From NCBI GenBank assembly GCA_943788295.1, contig CALSPS010000003.1:117287-181286 (forward strand): 64,000 nucleotides of DNA, written 5' to 3'. Made by a program: the position numbers and the translations under genes. Below, piece after piece: positions 46,267 through 55,960 of the stretch. Under the pieces are notes generated by a model. It saw only the letters and a list, made by a program, of their open reading frames with translations, was not told where the DNA came from and did no database searches. The stretch is from Candidatus Poseidoniaceae archaeon (GTDB lineage: Archaea; Thermoplasmatota; Poseidoniia; Poseidoniales; Poseidoniaceae). How positions within the stretch are numbered: the first letter of the stretch is position 1; each line of letters starts with the position of its first letter.

Positions 46267-46947
46267 GTGCATCTTACGGCCCAAGTGTCAAAGGGGCGGG
46301 CAGCGTGGGTTTGGATGATACACATGGGGGGGCAAAGGCAGCGTTCGGTGATTTTGGGCACCGCATTGTTGTTTCTGGTTCTCGGAGCACCCACCTTGTC
46401 AAGCATGCCCGCCGGTGTTGGGGAGTTGGGCGACAATGGCTGCACATGCCACGGAGGCGATTCGACATCGGTCTCAGTCCATGTGTTGGGCCTACCCGAA
46501 GTGTACGCTTCAAACATGTCCTACAACCTCTCAATTGCGATCGATGGCCCTCCTCAGGACGATGCTAACAGCCACCAGGGTGGATTCCGCTTCACGGTAA
46601 CAAGCGGTGTGGTGGTGTTCGAAAACTCCACCAACACTCAATCACTCGAAGACGGATGGACGCACCAGCTTTCAGGAACCTATCAGCGGGTGTGGAATTT
46701 CACATGGACTCCATCCAATGAATCAATTGACCCGGTGGAATTCATTGTCCACGGTAATGCTGTCAATGGCAATGGGCAATCGAGCGGTGATGCTTGGAAC
46801 AGTTTTGGTGCGGCCATTGCCCACCAAGATGCTCCACAAGAGCCCGAGCAACCAGTGTTCGACCGAGACATTGGCGCTCTTGATTGGACCGTGTTTGCAG
46901 CGGGCCTAGCCGCCTTGATGTTCTTCTTGGTTCGAACAATCAAGTGA
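46267..46947 (+). CDS. Secreted, membrane-anchored Reeler / choice-of-anchor V-like domain protein
   Basis: Signal peptide, GCTCHGG, GGF, WNFTWTP, GNAVNGNGQSSGD, C-terminal TM; true start likely ATG 46324. Confidence 0.7.
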   Translation: MHLTAQVSKGRAAWVWMIHMGGQRQRSVILGTALLFLVLGAPTLSSMPAGVGELGDNGCTCHGGDSTSVSVHVLGLPEVYASNMSYNLSIAIDGPPQDDANSHQGGFRFTVTSGVVVFENSTNTQSLEDGWTHQLSGTYQRVWNFTWTPSNESIDPVEFIVHGNAVNGNGQSSGDAWNSFGAAIAHQDAPQEPEQPVFDRDIGALDWTVFAAGLAALMFFLVRTIK

Positions 46948-46949
46948 AC

Positions 46950-48080
46950 TCAATTGACAAATTCGATTTGTCTGTTTTGCAGCGCTCGCAACTGACGGTT
47001 TTCGCTCGCTCCATGAATTTGTTCGCTCTTGACACCCGTGAGGACCAACATGACTCGAAGTTCATCACCCAGTTCTTCGCGCACAGCCGCCCCCCAAATC
47101 ACTTGAGCGTGTGGGGAGATTTGGTCGGTGATCAGTTTAGCACACTGTTCAGCCTCACCCAAGGTGAGGCTTGGACCACCAACAACGTTGATGAGTGCGC
47201 CACGAGCATCAGATGAATCAATATCGAGCAACGGAGAATGCATTGCTTCCTGTGTTGCCGCCTCCACCCGACCCGGTCCACTTGCCTCGCCAAGGCCAAT
47301 CATGGCAACGCCACTGCCAAATTGAATCACGGTTCTCAAATCTTCAAAGTCAAGATTGACCATGCCATCAGTGGTTAACATTTCAGCCACCCCTGTAATG
47401 GAACGGACAAGCAGTTCGTCACCAACTCTGAACGCGTCTCCGATGGGGAGATCTTTCACGCCTTCAATTTCGAGAAGGCGTTCATTTGGAATGACGAGAA
47501 TTGTATCGCAATGTTCGCGTAATTTTTCCAATCCCCACTCGGCGTTTTGCTTGCGTAGAGCGCCTTCAGAATTGAACGGGTAGGTAACGACCGCGATGGT
47601 CATTGCACCTTGTTGCTTGGCCAGGCGTGCGATGTGTCCAGCTGCTCCTGTTCCCGATCCACCGCCCATTCCTGCGGTGATGATGGCCAGTTGGGTGTCG
47701 TTGGTGATGCGTCGCAAGGCGATTTCAGATTCAAGCGCTGCCGCCTCCCCCTTGGTCGGGTCGCCACCTGCGCCTCGACCTCGTGCGGTCCTTCCGATCA
47801 GCACCTTCTCTTCAAGCGGGGACATCAGCAATGCTTGAGCATCGGTGTTGATGGCGTATCCCGTGACATAGGAGTTCTTGAACAGCCGCTCTTCGAACAA
47901 TCGATTGATTGCGTTGCATCCTGCCCCACCCACGCCGTACACACGGATCCGTGGTTGAAGCGATTCGAGCAAGGCTTGAAGTTCAACTTCTGAATTTTCA
48001 TCCATCGGTGGTGCAACTGCATCAGCCGCTGCTTGTTCGGCTTCAGTGAGTTCTAGAACGCGTTCAACGAGGTGTCGCAT
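46950..48080 (-). CDS. ftsZ: Cell division GTPase FtsZ
   Basis: GVGGAGCNAI, INTDAQAL, GRGAGGDP, GMGGGSGTG, PFNSEG, NLDFED; ATG 48080 chosen (TTG 48161 spans the radA terminator). Confidence 0.95.
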   Translation of the reverse strand: MRHLVERVLELTEAEQAAADAVAPPMDENSEVELQALLESLQPRIRVYGVGGAGCNAINRLFEERLFKNSYVTGYAINTDAQALLMSPLEEKVLIGRTARGRGAGGDPTKGEAAALESEIALRRITNDTQLAIITAGMGGGSGTGAAGHIARLAKQQGAMTIAVVTYPFNSEGALRKQNAEWGLEKLREHCDTILVIPNERLLEIEGVKDLPIGDAFRVGDELLVRSITGVAEMLTTDGMVNLDFEDLRTVIQFGSGVAMIGLGEASGPGRVEAATQEAMHSPLLDIDSSDARGALINVVGGPSLTLGEAEQCAKLITDQISPHAQVIWGAAVREELGDELRVMLVLTGVKSEQIHGASENRQLRALQNRQIEFVN

Positions 48081-48119
48081 GCTGCTTTGCTCGTTGTTGT
48101 GACCTTGAATGTGCCGCAC

Positions 48120-48146
48120 CAAAAAAGACCCAAAACGGCCTTTTTG
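48120..48146 (-). terminator. Hairpin + T-tract terminator downstream of radA
   Basis: Minus strand CAAAAAGGCC-GTTTTG-GGTCTTTTTT, 12 nt after the radA stop. Confidence 0.55.
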
Positions 48147-48157
48147 AGGGGTGATCT

Positions 48158-49195
48158 TCAATCACGAAGGCCTTCTTGTGTCACTTGATACACGCATTCC
48201 CCATCAGGAAGGTTTGGTGAATCCACGAGTCGAGCGATGCGTCGTCCAGCCTTAGCTTTGCGCAGGTAGAGTCGGAACGTCGATGCGTGAGCGAGCACGT
48301 GACCGCCGATGGGCTTTGTTGGGTCGCCCCACATTGCATCTGGCTTGGAATGAACTTGGTTGGTCACAAGCACCAGGGCGTTGTTGACGTCAGCCAACTG
48401 CTTCAAGTCCTTGAGGTGCCGGTTGAGTTTCTGTTGACGGTTTGCAAGCATACCACGGCCGATGTATTCAGCACGGAAGTGGCTGGTGAGTGAATCGACG
48501 ATGATCATCTTGACGTTCAATCCCTTGCTCATCCTCTTGATTTCATCAACAAGAAGCATTTGGTGAGCGGAGTTGTACGCCCGTGCCACGTGGATTCGGG
48601 CGAGAACTGCTTCTGGATCCAATCCGTGTCCGCGAGCCATTTGCGTGATTCGCTCAGGCCGGAATGTGTCTTCGGTGTCGATGTAAAACACATCGCCATC
48701 AAAGCCGCCCTCATCCATTGGGAGGGTGCAGTTGACTGCCAGTTGGTGGCCGATTTGTGTTTTTCCGCTTCCGAATGCCCCATAGACTTCCACAAGTGCT
48801 TGAGTTTCGAAACCGCCACCAAGCAAATCATCAATTGATTGAACCTTTGAAGACAATTTCAGAACTTCACGTCGGCGCTCTAATAGAGCGTCACCAGAGA
48901 CGAAACCGCCAATGTTTGCCATCTTTTTGGCAGCACCAATGATCTTGGTTGCTACAGCTTCACCGAGTTCAGCTTGGTCAGCAAGGTCCCCAGGGGACAT
49001 GACGGCGAGTGCGAGGAGGTCATCGAAACCGGCCTCTCGGAGTTTTTCTGCTGTTGCTGGGCCAACGCCAGGCAAGTCTTCGATTTTGACCTCGGGGGCC
49101 TCTTCTTCTTCTGGCATCACTTTGACTGCCTTGTCTTGAAGGTCTTCATTGTTTTCAATCTCTATCTTCGCTTTCTTTTTTGATTTGGTCGCCAT
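48158..49195 (-). CDS. radA: DNA repair and recombination protein RadA
   Basis: [12 protein letters not shown] Hh[46 protein letters not shown]. Confidence 0.97.
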   Translation of the reverse strand: MATKSKKKAKIEIENNEDLQDKAVKVMPEEEEAPEVKIEDLPGVGPATAEKLREAGFDDLLALAVMSPGDLADQAELGEAVATKIIGAAKKMANIGGFVSGDALLERRREVLKLSSKVQSIDDLLGGGFETQALVEVYGAFGSGKTQIGHQLAVNCTLPMDEGGFDGDVFYIDTEDTFRPERITQMARGHGLDPEAVLARIHVARAYNSAHQMLLVDEIKRMSKGLNVKMIIVDSLTSHFRAEYIGRGMLANRQQKLNRHLKDLKQLADVNNALVLVTNQVHSKPDAMWGDPTKPIGGHVLAHASTFRLYLRKAKAGRRIARLVDSPNLPDGECVYQVTQEGLRD

Positions 49196-49320
49196 TTCTG
49201 TTCACTTCCAACCCCTACTGGTCGGGCTAGAGTATATCAAAGGAAGAAGGGCGGCGCGTAATTGAGTTTGATAAAAATTCGTTTTTTACGAACAGATATG
49301 GGTGCCCAGTGGGCCTTTTG

Positions 49321-49360
49321 GTTCACTTCAAGTTCAGATTTTGAAATGTTGAAAGTGAAC
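49321..49360 (-). terminator. Imperfect inverted repeat immediately downstream of the PKD lipoprotein gene
   Basis: GTTCACTTCAA ... TTGAAAGTGAAC, 2-3 nt from stop codon. Confidence 0.4.
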
Positions 49361-49362
49361 AA

Positions 49363-50208
49363 TCACTCTTCCTCTTCTTCATTTTCAGGCGTTTGCTCTT
49401 CGGTAGGGAATGGGTTTGTGGTGCTTTCATCTGCGGCATAGGCAATGGTGATGGTTTGGCTGATATCGACGTTTTCTTGGTCTTGGTTTAGACCAATCTC
49501 GAGGGTCCAAACACCCGTTATGATGGCGAACTCATTGTGTTTCCAGTTTGCATTTTGCCCGTCTGCAATTTGTTCAGGCGGGGATTCTATCACAGCTTCA
49601 CCTGCGCTGTTGTTGAGGTACCATGTTACGGTGACTGGGGAGCCAGTGAAAGCAACAGGGTTTTCAGGATTGTTCACGGTCGAATCAATTTGGATTTGTT
49701 CAGGTAGGGCGCATTCACAATCAGGTGTTACGTCAATGTTCATGGTTCGAGGGTTCGTTGTGCTGCTCTCGCTCCAGGTGATTTGCTTTTCAATGCGAAT
49801 CGTGACGTTTTCAGAATATTCGTTGTCTTGATCATCGATGGCGCCAATTCCGGCTACAAAGATACCATGAGTGAGGTATGTGTAGGAAATTTCTCCCGTT
49901 TCTGCAGCGTTCACCATCACCGGGTTTGATCCATCGCCCGCATCAAACCAAAACGTGGAAATGACCCCAGCACTGGATTTTGTGTAAGAGAAATCAAACA
50001 CGACATCAACGCCCTCTTCGGAGACTTGTTGATTGTTTTGAATAGATTCTGTAATGATGCCAGATGTTGTTTCGTAGTAGACGACGAAGTCGATTGGACC
50101 GTCGTATTCCTCGTTGTCATCTCCGCCCAAGCAGCCGGCCAAACTTGCGCTCAACACCACGATGCCCAGAAGCACTGAAGCGAGCATTTGTTGGCGCATG
50201 CTCCTCAC
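49363..50208 (-). CDS. Lipoprotein with PKD-like domain
   Basis: Lipobox LAGC after hydrophobic signal; FDFSYT...FWFDAGDG...YTYLTHG PKD pattern; acidic. Confidence 0.75.
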   Translation of the reverse strand: MRSMRQQMLASVLLGIVVLSASLAGCLGGDDNEEYDGPIDFVVYYETTSGIITESIQNNQQVSEEGVDVVFDFSYTKSSAGVISTFWFDAGDGSNPVMVNAAETGEISYTYLTHGIFVAGIGAIDDQDNEYSENVTIRIEKQITWSESSTTNPRTMNIDVTPDCECALPEQIQIDSTVNNPENPVAFTGSPVTVTWYLNNSAGEAVIESPPEQIADGQNANWKHNEFAIITGVWTLEIGLNQDQENVDISQTITIAYAADESTTNPFPTEEQTPENEEEEE

Positions 50209-50332
50209 AAGAGGTTCTCCTTCATGAAATCAACACCTATGAAGAAAATGAGGTCTTCTCGCTCAAATACGCTGTTCTGGTCCATCGCCTTCCATCGGTG
50301 GTTTCAAAGCGGGGGAGGTCGGCCGTTTGGTT

Positions 50333-50410
50333 AACGAGGTGGGGTAGTCTGGATATCCCGTCGGGCTCATAACCCGGAGATCGGTGGTTCAAATCCATCC
50401 CTCGTTACCA
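50333..50410 (+). tRNA. Initiator tRNA-Met(CAT)
   Basis: Acceptor AACGAGG/CCTCGTT (A1:U72), anticodon arm TCGGG-CTCATAA-CCCGG with three G:C pairs, GGTTCAAATCC T-arm, encoded CCA. Confidence 0.95.
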
Positions 50411-50419
50411 TACGACGAA

Positions 50420-51199
50420 TCAACCGTACTCGTAGTAATCGTGTTTTGGCTTCATCGCATCGAGCGCGCTTTGTAATTGTGCATTGGCTGCAGCTTCACC
50501 CGAAAGAATCGCATCCATTTCATTCTTGATCCGTTCAGCCTCTGATGCACACAAAGCAGCATTGCCAATTCCATGAGGGACCGCCCCAAGCAAGGCCTGC
50601 CGAACCTGCTCTGCGTCGACTTGTTTGGATGCAGGCGGCCTTAGGGTGAAGGTTGAATCCGCATAAATCACGTGGCCCGAAGAAGCACTTGTTGATGCTA
50701 ATCGATCGATGAGTTTCGCTTCATACCCCACATGGCGGCAAGCATCCAACGCACTTGCAAGATTTCCGGGTGCTAATTTTTCTGCTTTGGCATAGGCTTT
50801 GCGCGCCGCTCGTGTTTTGCCACCCGCGGCGTAGGCATTGGCTGCACGGTGCACATCTTCTGCTTCTGGCGTTATTTGCTCGAGCAGGTGAGGGGCTCCA
50901 ATGCGAAGGGTTTTGACGAGTTTTTTCCGCTCCTTAAGCAGAATGCCAACGCTTGCTACGGCCCTGTCCGCTTTGCCTCGAGCGAGCAACACATCGCAGA
51001 GGATTCGTAGGCCTTTCACGAGCATAATTTGCTCATCTGCGGTTCTTTTTTTCCGCAACAGGAACATCTCTGTGAATTGCGTAGCCATTACTTCGGACAT
51101 TTCCATCCGACCATCCAAAATATACCGCTCAAGTTGAATGAGCGTTTGAGCGGGGTCGTCCATTCCAAACATGTGAGCAAGAGGCGCTGGACCTCTCAC
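50420..51199 (-). CDS. Hypothetical helical (TPR-like) protein
   Basis: 259-aa Ala-rich ORF, AANAYAAGGKTRAARKAYAKAEKLAP repeat-like segment; start may be ATG 51172. Confidence 0.65.
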   Translation of the reverse strand: MRGPAPLAHMFGMDDPAQTLIQLERYILDGRMEMSEVMATQFTEMFLLRKKRTADEQIMLVKGLRILCDVLLARGKADRAVASVGILLKERKKLVKTLRIGAPHLLEQITPEAEDVHRAANAYAAGGKTRAARKAYAKAEKLAPGNLASALDACRHVGYEAKLIDRLASTSASSGHVIYADSTFTLRPPASKQVDAEQVRQALLGAVPHGIGNAALCASEAERIKNEMDAILSGEAAANAQLQSALDAMKPKHDYYEYG

Positions 51200-51299
51200 C
51201 TATTGATGCCTTGGTTTCCAAGTTTGTTCTTGATTTCATGGTGGTTCATCCTCCTCGTTCATCAGGTGGTTGTATTAACTTGGGCCATCTGGGCTAACT

Positions 51300-51839
51300 A
51301 TGAATTTGCCCCGCCTCATTGCAATTACGGGAACGCCCGGCTGTGGGAAGACCACATTGTGCGAGGAATTGATGGCCAACGGGCACACCATCCGAACCGT
51401 TCTCGACCTTGCTCGAGAGCACGGCTGTCTTGGCGATCAGGATCCTGCCGATGGGGCAGCCCCAATCGATGTTCACAAACTCGCCGAGGTATGGCAAGAG
51501 GTGCCTGAGGGACTGGTTTTCATCGATGGCCATCTTTCGCATTTGCTCGATGTTGATGCCGTGATTCTTCTTCGTTGCCAGCCCGATCAATTGCGTCTTC
51601 GTCTTGAACAGCGGGAGTACAGTGAGGCAAAGGTACGCGCCAATGTGGAATGGGAAATGCTGGCTGGAACATGGTCCGAGATGCTTGAATTCGAACTCGA
51701 AGCACCGGTCTTGGAACTCGACGCAACAGAACAAACCACTCCTGCTCTTCTCGAAGAGGTCATGATTTGGATTGAGGGTGGTTGCCCTTCCGACGGCGTA
51801 GAAGAATCGGCAAGAGAAGCCATTGATTGGTTGTCTTGA
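51300..51839 (+). CDS. Adenylate kinase 6 / Fap7 (hCINAP) family
   Basis: ITGTPGCGKTT, IDGHLSH, LRCQP..LR.RL..R.YSEAKV.ANVEWE; TATTAA box ~25 nt upstream. Confidence 0.88.
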   Translation: MNLPRLIAITGTPGCGKTTLCEELMANGHTIRTVLDLAREHGCLGDQDPADGAAPIDVHKLAEVWQEVPEGLVFIDGHLSHLLDVDAVILLRCQPDQLRLRLEQREYSEAKVRANVEWEMLAGTWSEMLEFELEAPVLELDATEQTTPALLEEVMIWIEGGCPSDGVEESAREAIDWLS

Positions 51840-51866
51840 CCACCCAAAGAACAAACACCCCCCTCC

Positions 51867-52595
51867 GTGGCATCCAGCCCGATAGGTATGGCACTGGAGA
51901 AGTTTCGAAGCACATGGGAAAGCATTGTGAATCCGATTGTCGATTCTATTTCAACTTGGAAACCATCGACACTGACATGGATTGCAATGCCTCTTGGTGT
52001 GCTTGGTGGTTTGGCTGTTTTGATGGCACCAAACACTCCATACGGCGCCAATATGCTCTTTGGAGGAACGATTTTGATCACGTTTGCCATCACGCTCGAT
52101 GCCTTGGACGGTCCTTTGGCTCGCCGAACTGGACAGGTGACTCGATGGGGGGATTACCTCGATCACACCTTTGACAGGTTGCTGGATGCAGTATGGATTG
52201 TGTGCATGGCAGGCTCCGTGTTTGTGGGCGATTTTACCCTTGGTCTTGCAGCAGCATGGCTCATTTTACTGGGCTCATACATGGGCACGCAAGCACAAGC
52301 AGTAGCAGGGAGCCGGAATTATCGGGGCTTCGGGCGTGCGGATCGGACCATTCTTACGATTGTTTCAATAGCCCTAATGGGTGCTTTCATCCACTTCGAA
52401 GTCGGGGATTTTGGCACCTATCCCGGTATGCTTGACCACATCCCAATTAACCCAATCAGCATCGTGGTTTTGATTTCCGCATTTGGCGGCTTGTGGACGT
52501 TCCTCATTCGGTTCGTACAAGCCCAACACGAAATTCAAAACATCGACCGAGAAGACCCTCTCCCTCAGCCAAACGCCCCAAAAGAATCTGAGTGA
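51867..52595 (+). CDS. CDP-alcohol phosphatidyltransferase (archaetidyl-/phosphatidyl- head-group synthase)
   Basis: DALDGPLARRTGQVTRWGDYLDHTFDR signature. Confidence 0.9.
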   Translation: MASSPIGMALEKFRSTWESIVNPIVDSISTWKPSTLTWIAMPLGVLGGLAVLMAPNTPYGANMLFGGTILITFAITLDALDGPLARRTGQVTRWGDYLDHTFDRLLDAVWIVCMAGSVFVGDFTLGLAAAWLILLGSYMGTQAQAVAGSRNYRGFGRADRTILTIVSIALMGAFIHFEVGDFGTYPGMLDHIPINPISIVVLISAFGGLWTFLIRFVQAQHEIQNIDREDPLPQPNAPKESE

Positions 52596-52622
52596 TTCGG
52601 CACCCCTACGGGGTGGACCGAA
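52596..52622. promoter_or_regulatory. Strong hairpin/inverted repeat TTCGGCACCCC-TAC-GGGGTGGACCGAA (terminator or operator)
   Basis: Directly after the stop of the upstream gene and ~60 nt before the 1079-aa gene; core matches the 15067-15079 palindrome except for one loop base. Confidence 0.5.
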
Positions 52623-52681
52623 CTGCCCGATTGGCTGTTGTTAAGGCGGCATACTCATAACGGTAGCATGCTACAAGAGCA

Positions 52682-55600
52682 TTGATGACAGACCAAAAGT
52701 TCGTTCATGGCACGGAAAGGACAGCCCTTCTCCTCGTGTGTTGTATGGTATTGGCCATCGTACCGCTCACGCATGCTGCCGCCGAAGACGCCGGGGATCC
52801 AAGCAACCTCCAAGCACAAGACATCAATGCAATGTTCGACCCGACAAGTGAGACCACAACCATCACATGGCGCAACATTGACTTCGATGGTTCAGTGCTT
52901 CAGGGGTTGTTTTCCGCAACCTACAACGTGTACAGGTCCGTTGATCCAATCACCTCCGTGTCGATCAGCAGTTTGACACCGTTTACCTCCGGGATCATCG
53001 CCTGTTCTTCTGTTGAAGTGCTGAATGATGCGTTCAAGTGCAGAGGACTCAACGGGACCGTCGATTACCACACCGCATCTTTCTTGGTCGCTCCAGGTGT
53101 CAACAATTCGTACTACTACGCCGTGACGACAACACTCGGGGACGGAACTGAGTTGTTTGATTTGGACATCGGGGCCTCGGTCATCGAATTCCCTGTCCAA
53201 GAAATCACAACCCCCATTCGAACACCCTACAACCTCGCGGCTGATTTCGACCCTGAGGCAAGTGAAACGACCCTTACCTGGGTGAATTACAACGACATCT
53301 TCCCAATCTTGCCAGAAACGGGTGACGATGCTTACCAAATACAAATTTGGCGAACAGATTACCAAATCACACGAGAGAACGGAGCGGACATGCTTGGCAC
53401 CACCTCGCCGATCCTCACCTTGCCTGCAGGCACCTCAAGCACAGTCCTCACCATCCCTTCGAGCACCGACCGTGATGCGTATTACGCCGTCACTTACCTT
53501 TTGCCAAACTGGACCGCACCGGGTGAAGATTACCAAGATGTACGCTTCCTCTCCAACAACGCATTGACAAGTGCACTGATCGAGGACAACATGCCACCAT
53601 CTCAAGTTGGTATCATGTACGCTGAATTCATACCAAACCCAGATTCTGGAGGCGGCACAACCACCATTTCATGGACTGATGTCTCGGATGAAACGGGTGA
53701 ATCCTACCGAATCTACATGTCAGGAATTCCTTTTAGCACGATTGTAAGTTCAGACGTTCAACTCATTGCGACCGTCTCAGAAGGCGTTGGTTCGTTCAAC
53801 TATGATGTGCCAATCGGCCGCCTTGGCTATGCCAACTACTGCATCATCACCGTTGACTTGTACGGCGTTTACAGTCCAAACACCACCGTCAACTCCTGCG
53901 CTGGACCAGTGTACGAAGATGCGTTTAGCCCATGGATTGCAGAACCGACCCAAGTTCACGCAGAATTCATCGGCGATCGCATCACCCGCGTCACTTGGCA
54001 AGATCAACTTGGTGTCGAAGGTGAGCGATACCACGTCTGGCGTTCTAACTTCAGAGTCACTGGCGCAGAATTCGTTGCTAACCAATCGATGGAATGGCTC
54101 GGTTCAGTGAGCGACGGAGTCGGTACATTCGATGTCCTTCTGGACACGGACATCCTCAGGGACAACGCGCACTATTACGTCACAACAGAGGCACTCTACG
54201 GCCACATCAACGGGACTTACATGGACACTCGTTTGAATCAAAATCACTTCGGCCCAATCTCAGAAGACACCAAGCCACCAAACCCTGCTCGAATCAAAGA
54301 GGCAACCCCACTTGGTGCTCAGAAGCTCATCACACTCGAATGGTTCAATGAAGATGATCTCAATGAAGGGTACGAAATTTGGAGGCATTACGGCGCACCG
54401 TTTGGTGAGAATGAAGATCAAATCGGCACCCTTGACGATGCAGGATGGGAATTCGTCCTTGGCGACATCACTCCTGGTACAGGTGTTCAAAGCACCATTG
54501 TCCGTCAACTGCCAATCCCTGATGGTGTCGACCGTGAGGTGTGGTATGCCGTGATCATTGAAGATCAATGGGGCAATCAAAACCCTGAGATGTTCAACGG
54601 CATTGGTGGAAACGCTGTCAAAATCAACGAAGATACGAAATTCCCAGAAGCCTCAATGCTCCTCCTCGATGCAGATGGTTCTGCCTTCCAAAGTCCATCC
54701 TTAGTTTCTGGAACATACACTCTCCAAGTTGAAATCGACGAATACCTCCAAGGTAACCCTACAGTGAACATCACAACCGTTGCCGGTGGAGAAATCTCAG
54801 GTGGCGACATTGAGATGAACATGATTGCGGATAACAACAACAATCCAGAACGCGGTCCTGTGTACGCCTTTGAGTTCTTCATCGGCCAAAATACGATTGC
54901 TGGCGACATGGTCATTGAATTGATCATGGAAGACGAGTCTGGCAATGAAATCAGTCAGAGTTGGACCGACCGTGCAGTGGATGCAAAGCGTCCGACGGTG
55001 ACCATTTACTCGCCTTCATCTGGAAATGACGGTTCAAAGTACCTCTATGGTAATTCCATTCAAGTCCTTGCTGGAGCAACAGATGACGTCATGGTGACCT
55101 CATTCCAGTACAAGTTCACATACAATTACGGAACTGGAAACTCCCAATCAACACCATGGTCAGAAGCAACTTCGGTGACAGATCTTGACGGTGATAACCG
55201 CTCGATGGTGTTTGACATGGAGTTCTCCGCAGGAAACTTCGAGCCTGGCCAACACGCTGTGTATGTCCGAGCAATCGACTCCGCAGGCAATGAAGTCTCT
55301 AAGAATGTCATTTTCGTTGTCGACCAGTGCCGCCAGCGACTTGATGGAACCACCTCTTGTAACTACGTTGAAGCGCTCCAACCAGAACCTGAACCAGTCA
55401 TCATCACCCCTTCAATGTCCGACCCACCTTATGTGTTGGTTTGGGTGCTCCTAGGTGTCTTCGTGGTCTCATTGATTGTGATGGCATTGATCATTCAAAC
55501 GAGCATGTCTGGTCCTAAGAAGAAGAAATCAAAGGGCGATGACGATGAAGAAGACGATGATTGGATGACTGAATTCATTGGTACTTCACAAGAACTCGAT

Positions 55601-55921
55601 ATGGGCGCGGTCACTGACACAACCGGCGGCGACAAGAAGGAAAACGAAAAGAAGGAAGCCGCACCGGCGGAAGAAGTCGATGAAGAGGATCCTTTCGCAG
55701 TGAACGTCGTTCAACGAAAGACACGCAGCAAGAAGGAAGTTGTCGAGGACGACGACGATGATGACGACGATGACGACGATGACATGTTCAACTGGAACGA
55801 TGATGAGGACGAGGAGGAAGAGTCAGCTCCTCCAGCCAAAAAGCGTGCCGTTGGCCGTCGTGCAGTCCCTCGCAAAGCGCCCACTCGCCGAAAGGTTGGT
55901 CGAAAGAAAAACGATGATTGA
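52682..55921 (+). CDS. Membrane-anchored surface protein with ~5 FnIII-like repeats, Ig-like domains and acidic/basic cytoplasmic tail
   Basis: Signal peptide; repeats A.FDP...TT.TW...Y.IYR...YYAVT; TM YVLVWVLLGVFVVSLIVMALII; poly-Asp tail then K/R-rich end. Confidence 0.85.
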   Translation: MMTDQKFVHGTERTALLLVCCMVLAIVPLTHAAAEDAGDPSNLQAQDINAMFDPTSETTTITWRNIDFDGSVLQGLFSATYNVYRSVDPITSVSISSLTPFTSGIIACSSVEVLNDAFKCRGLNGTVDYHTASFLVAPGVNNSYYYAVTTTLGDGTELFDLDIGASVIEFPVQEITTPIRTPYNLAADFDPEASETTLTWVNYNDIFPILPETGDDAYQIQIWRTDYQITRENGADMLGTTSPILTLPAGTSSTVLTIPSSTDRDAYYAVTYLLPNWTAPGEDYQDVRFLSNNALTSALIEDNMPPSQVGIMYAEFIPNPDSGGGTTTISWTDVSDETGESYRIYMSGIPFSTIVSSDVQLIATVSEGVGSFNYDVPIGRLGYANYCIITVDLYGVYSPNTTVNSCAGPVYEDAFSPWIAEPTQVHAEFIGDRITRVTWQDQLGVEGERYHVWRSNFRVTGAEFVANQSMEWLGSVSDGVGTFDVLLDTDILRDNAHYYVTTEALYGHINGTYMDTRLNQNHFGPISEDTKPPNPARIKEATPLGAQKLITLEWFNEDDLNEGYEIWRHYGAPFGENEDQIGTLDDAGWEFVLGDITPGTGVQSTIVRQLPIPDGVDREVWYAVIIEDQWGNQNPEMFNGIGGNAVKINEDTKFPEASMLLLDADGSAFQSPSLVSGTYTLQVEIDEYLQGNPTVNITTVAGGEISGGDIEMNMIADNNNNPERGPVYAFEFFIGQNTIAGDMVIELIMEDESGNEISQSWTDRAVDAKRPTVTIYSPSSGNDGSKYLYGNSIQVLAGATDDVMVTSFQYKFTYNYGTGNSQSTPWSEATSVTDLDGDNRSMVFDMEFSAGNFEPGQHAVYVRAIDSAGNEVSKNVIFVVDQCRQRLDGTTSCNYVEALQPEPEPVIITPSMSDPPYVLVWVLLGVFVVSLIVMALIIQTSMSGPKKKKSKGDDDEEDDDWMTEFIGTSQELDMGAVTDTTGGDKKENEKKEAAPAEEVDEEDPFAVNVVQRKTRSKKEVVEDDDDDDDDDDDDMFNWNDDEDEEEESAPPAKKRAVGRRAVPRKAPTRRKVGRKKNDD

Positions 55922-55960
55922 GGTCCCGCGTGAAGCGGTGGACTCAAGGTCTGCGTTGGC

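Noticed and set aside
48081-48161. N-terminal extension of FtsZ overlapping the radA stop
   Set aside because: Runs through the radA terminator hairpin; ATG 48080 gives a normal start
49321-49335. Alphaproteobacterial LexA box GTTC-N7-GTTC upstream of radA
   Set aside because: Single short match overlapping the terminator-like inverted repeat of the upstream gene; absent from the addAB promoter; LexA is not expected in archaea
55745-55822. GAY/GAR trinucleotide microsatellite
   Set aside because: Mixed synonymous codons encoding the poly-Asp/Glu tail; a protein-level feature
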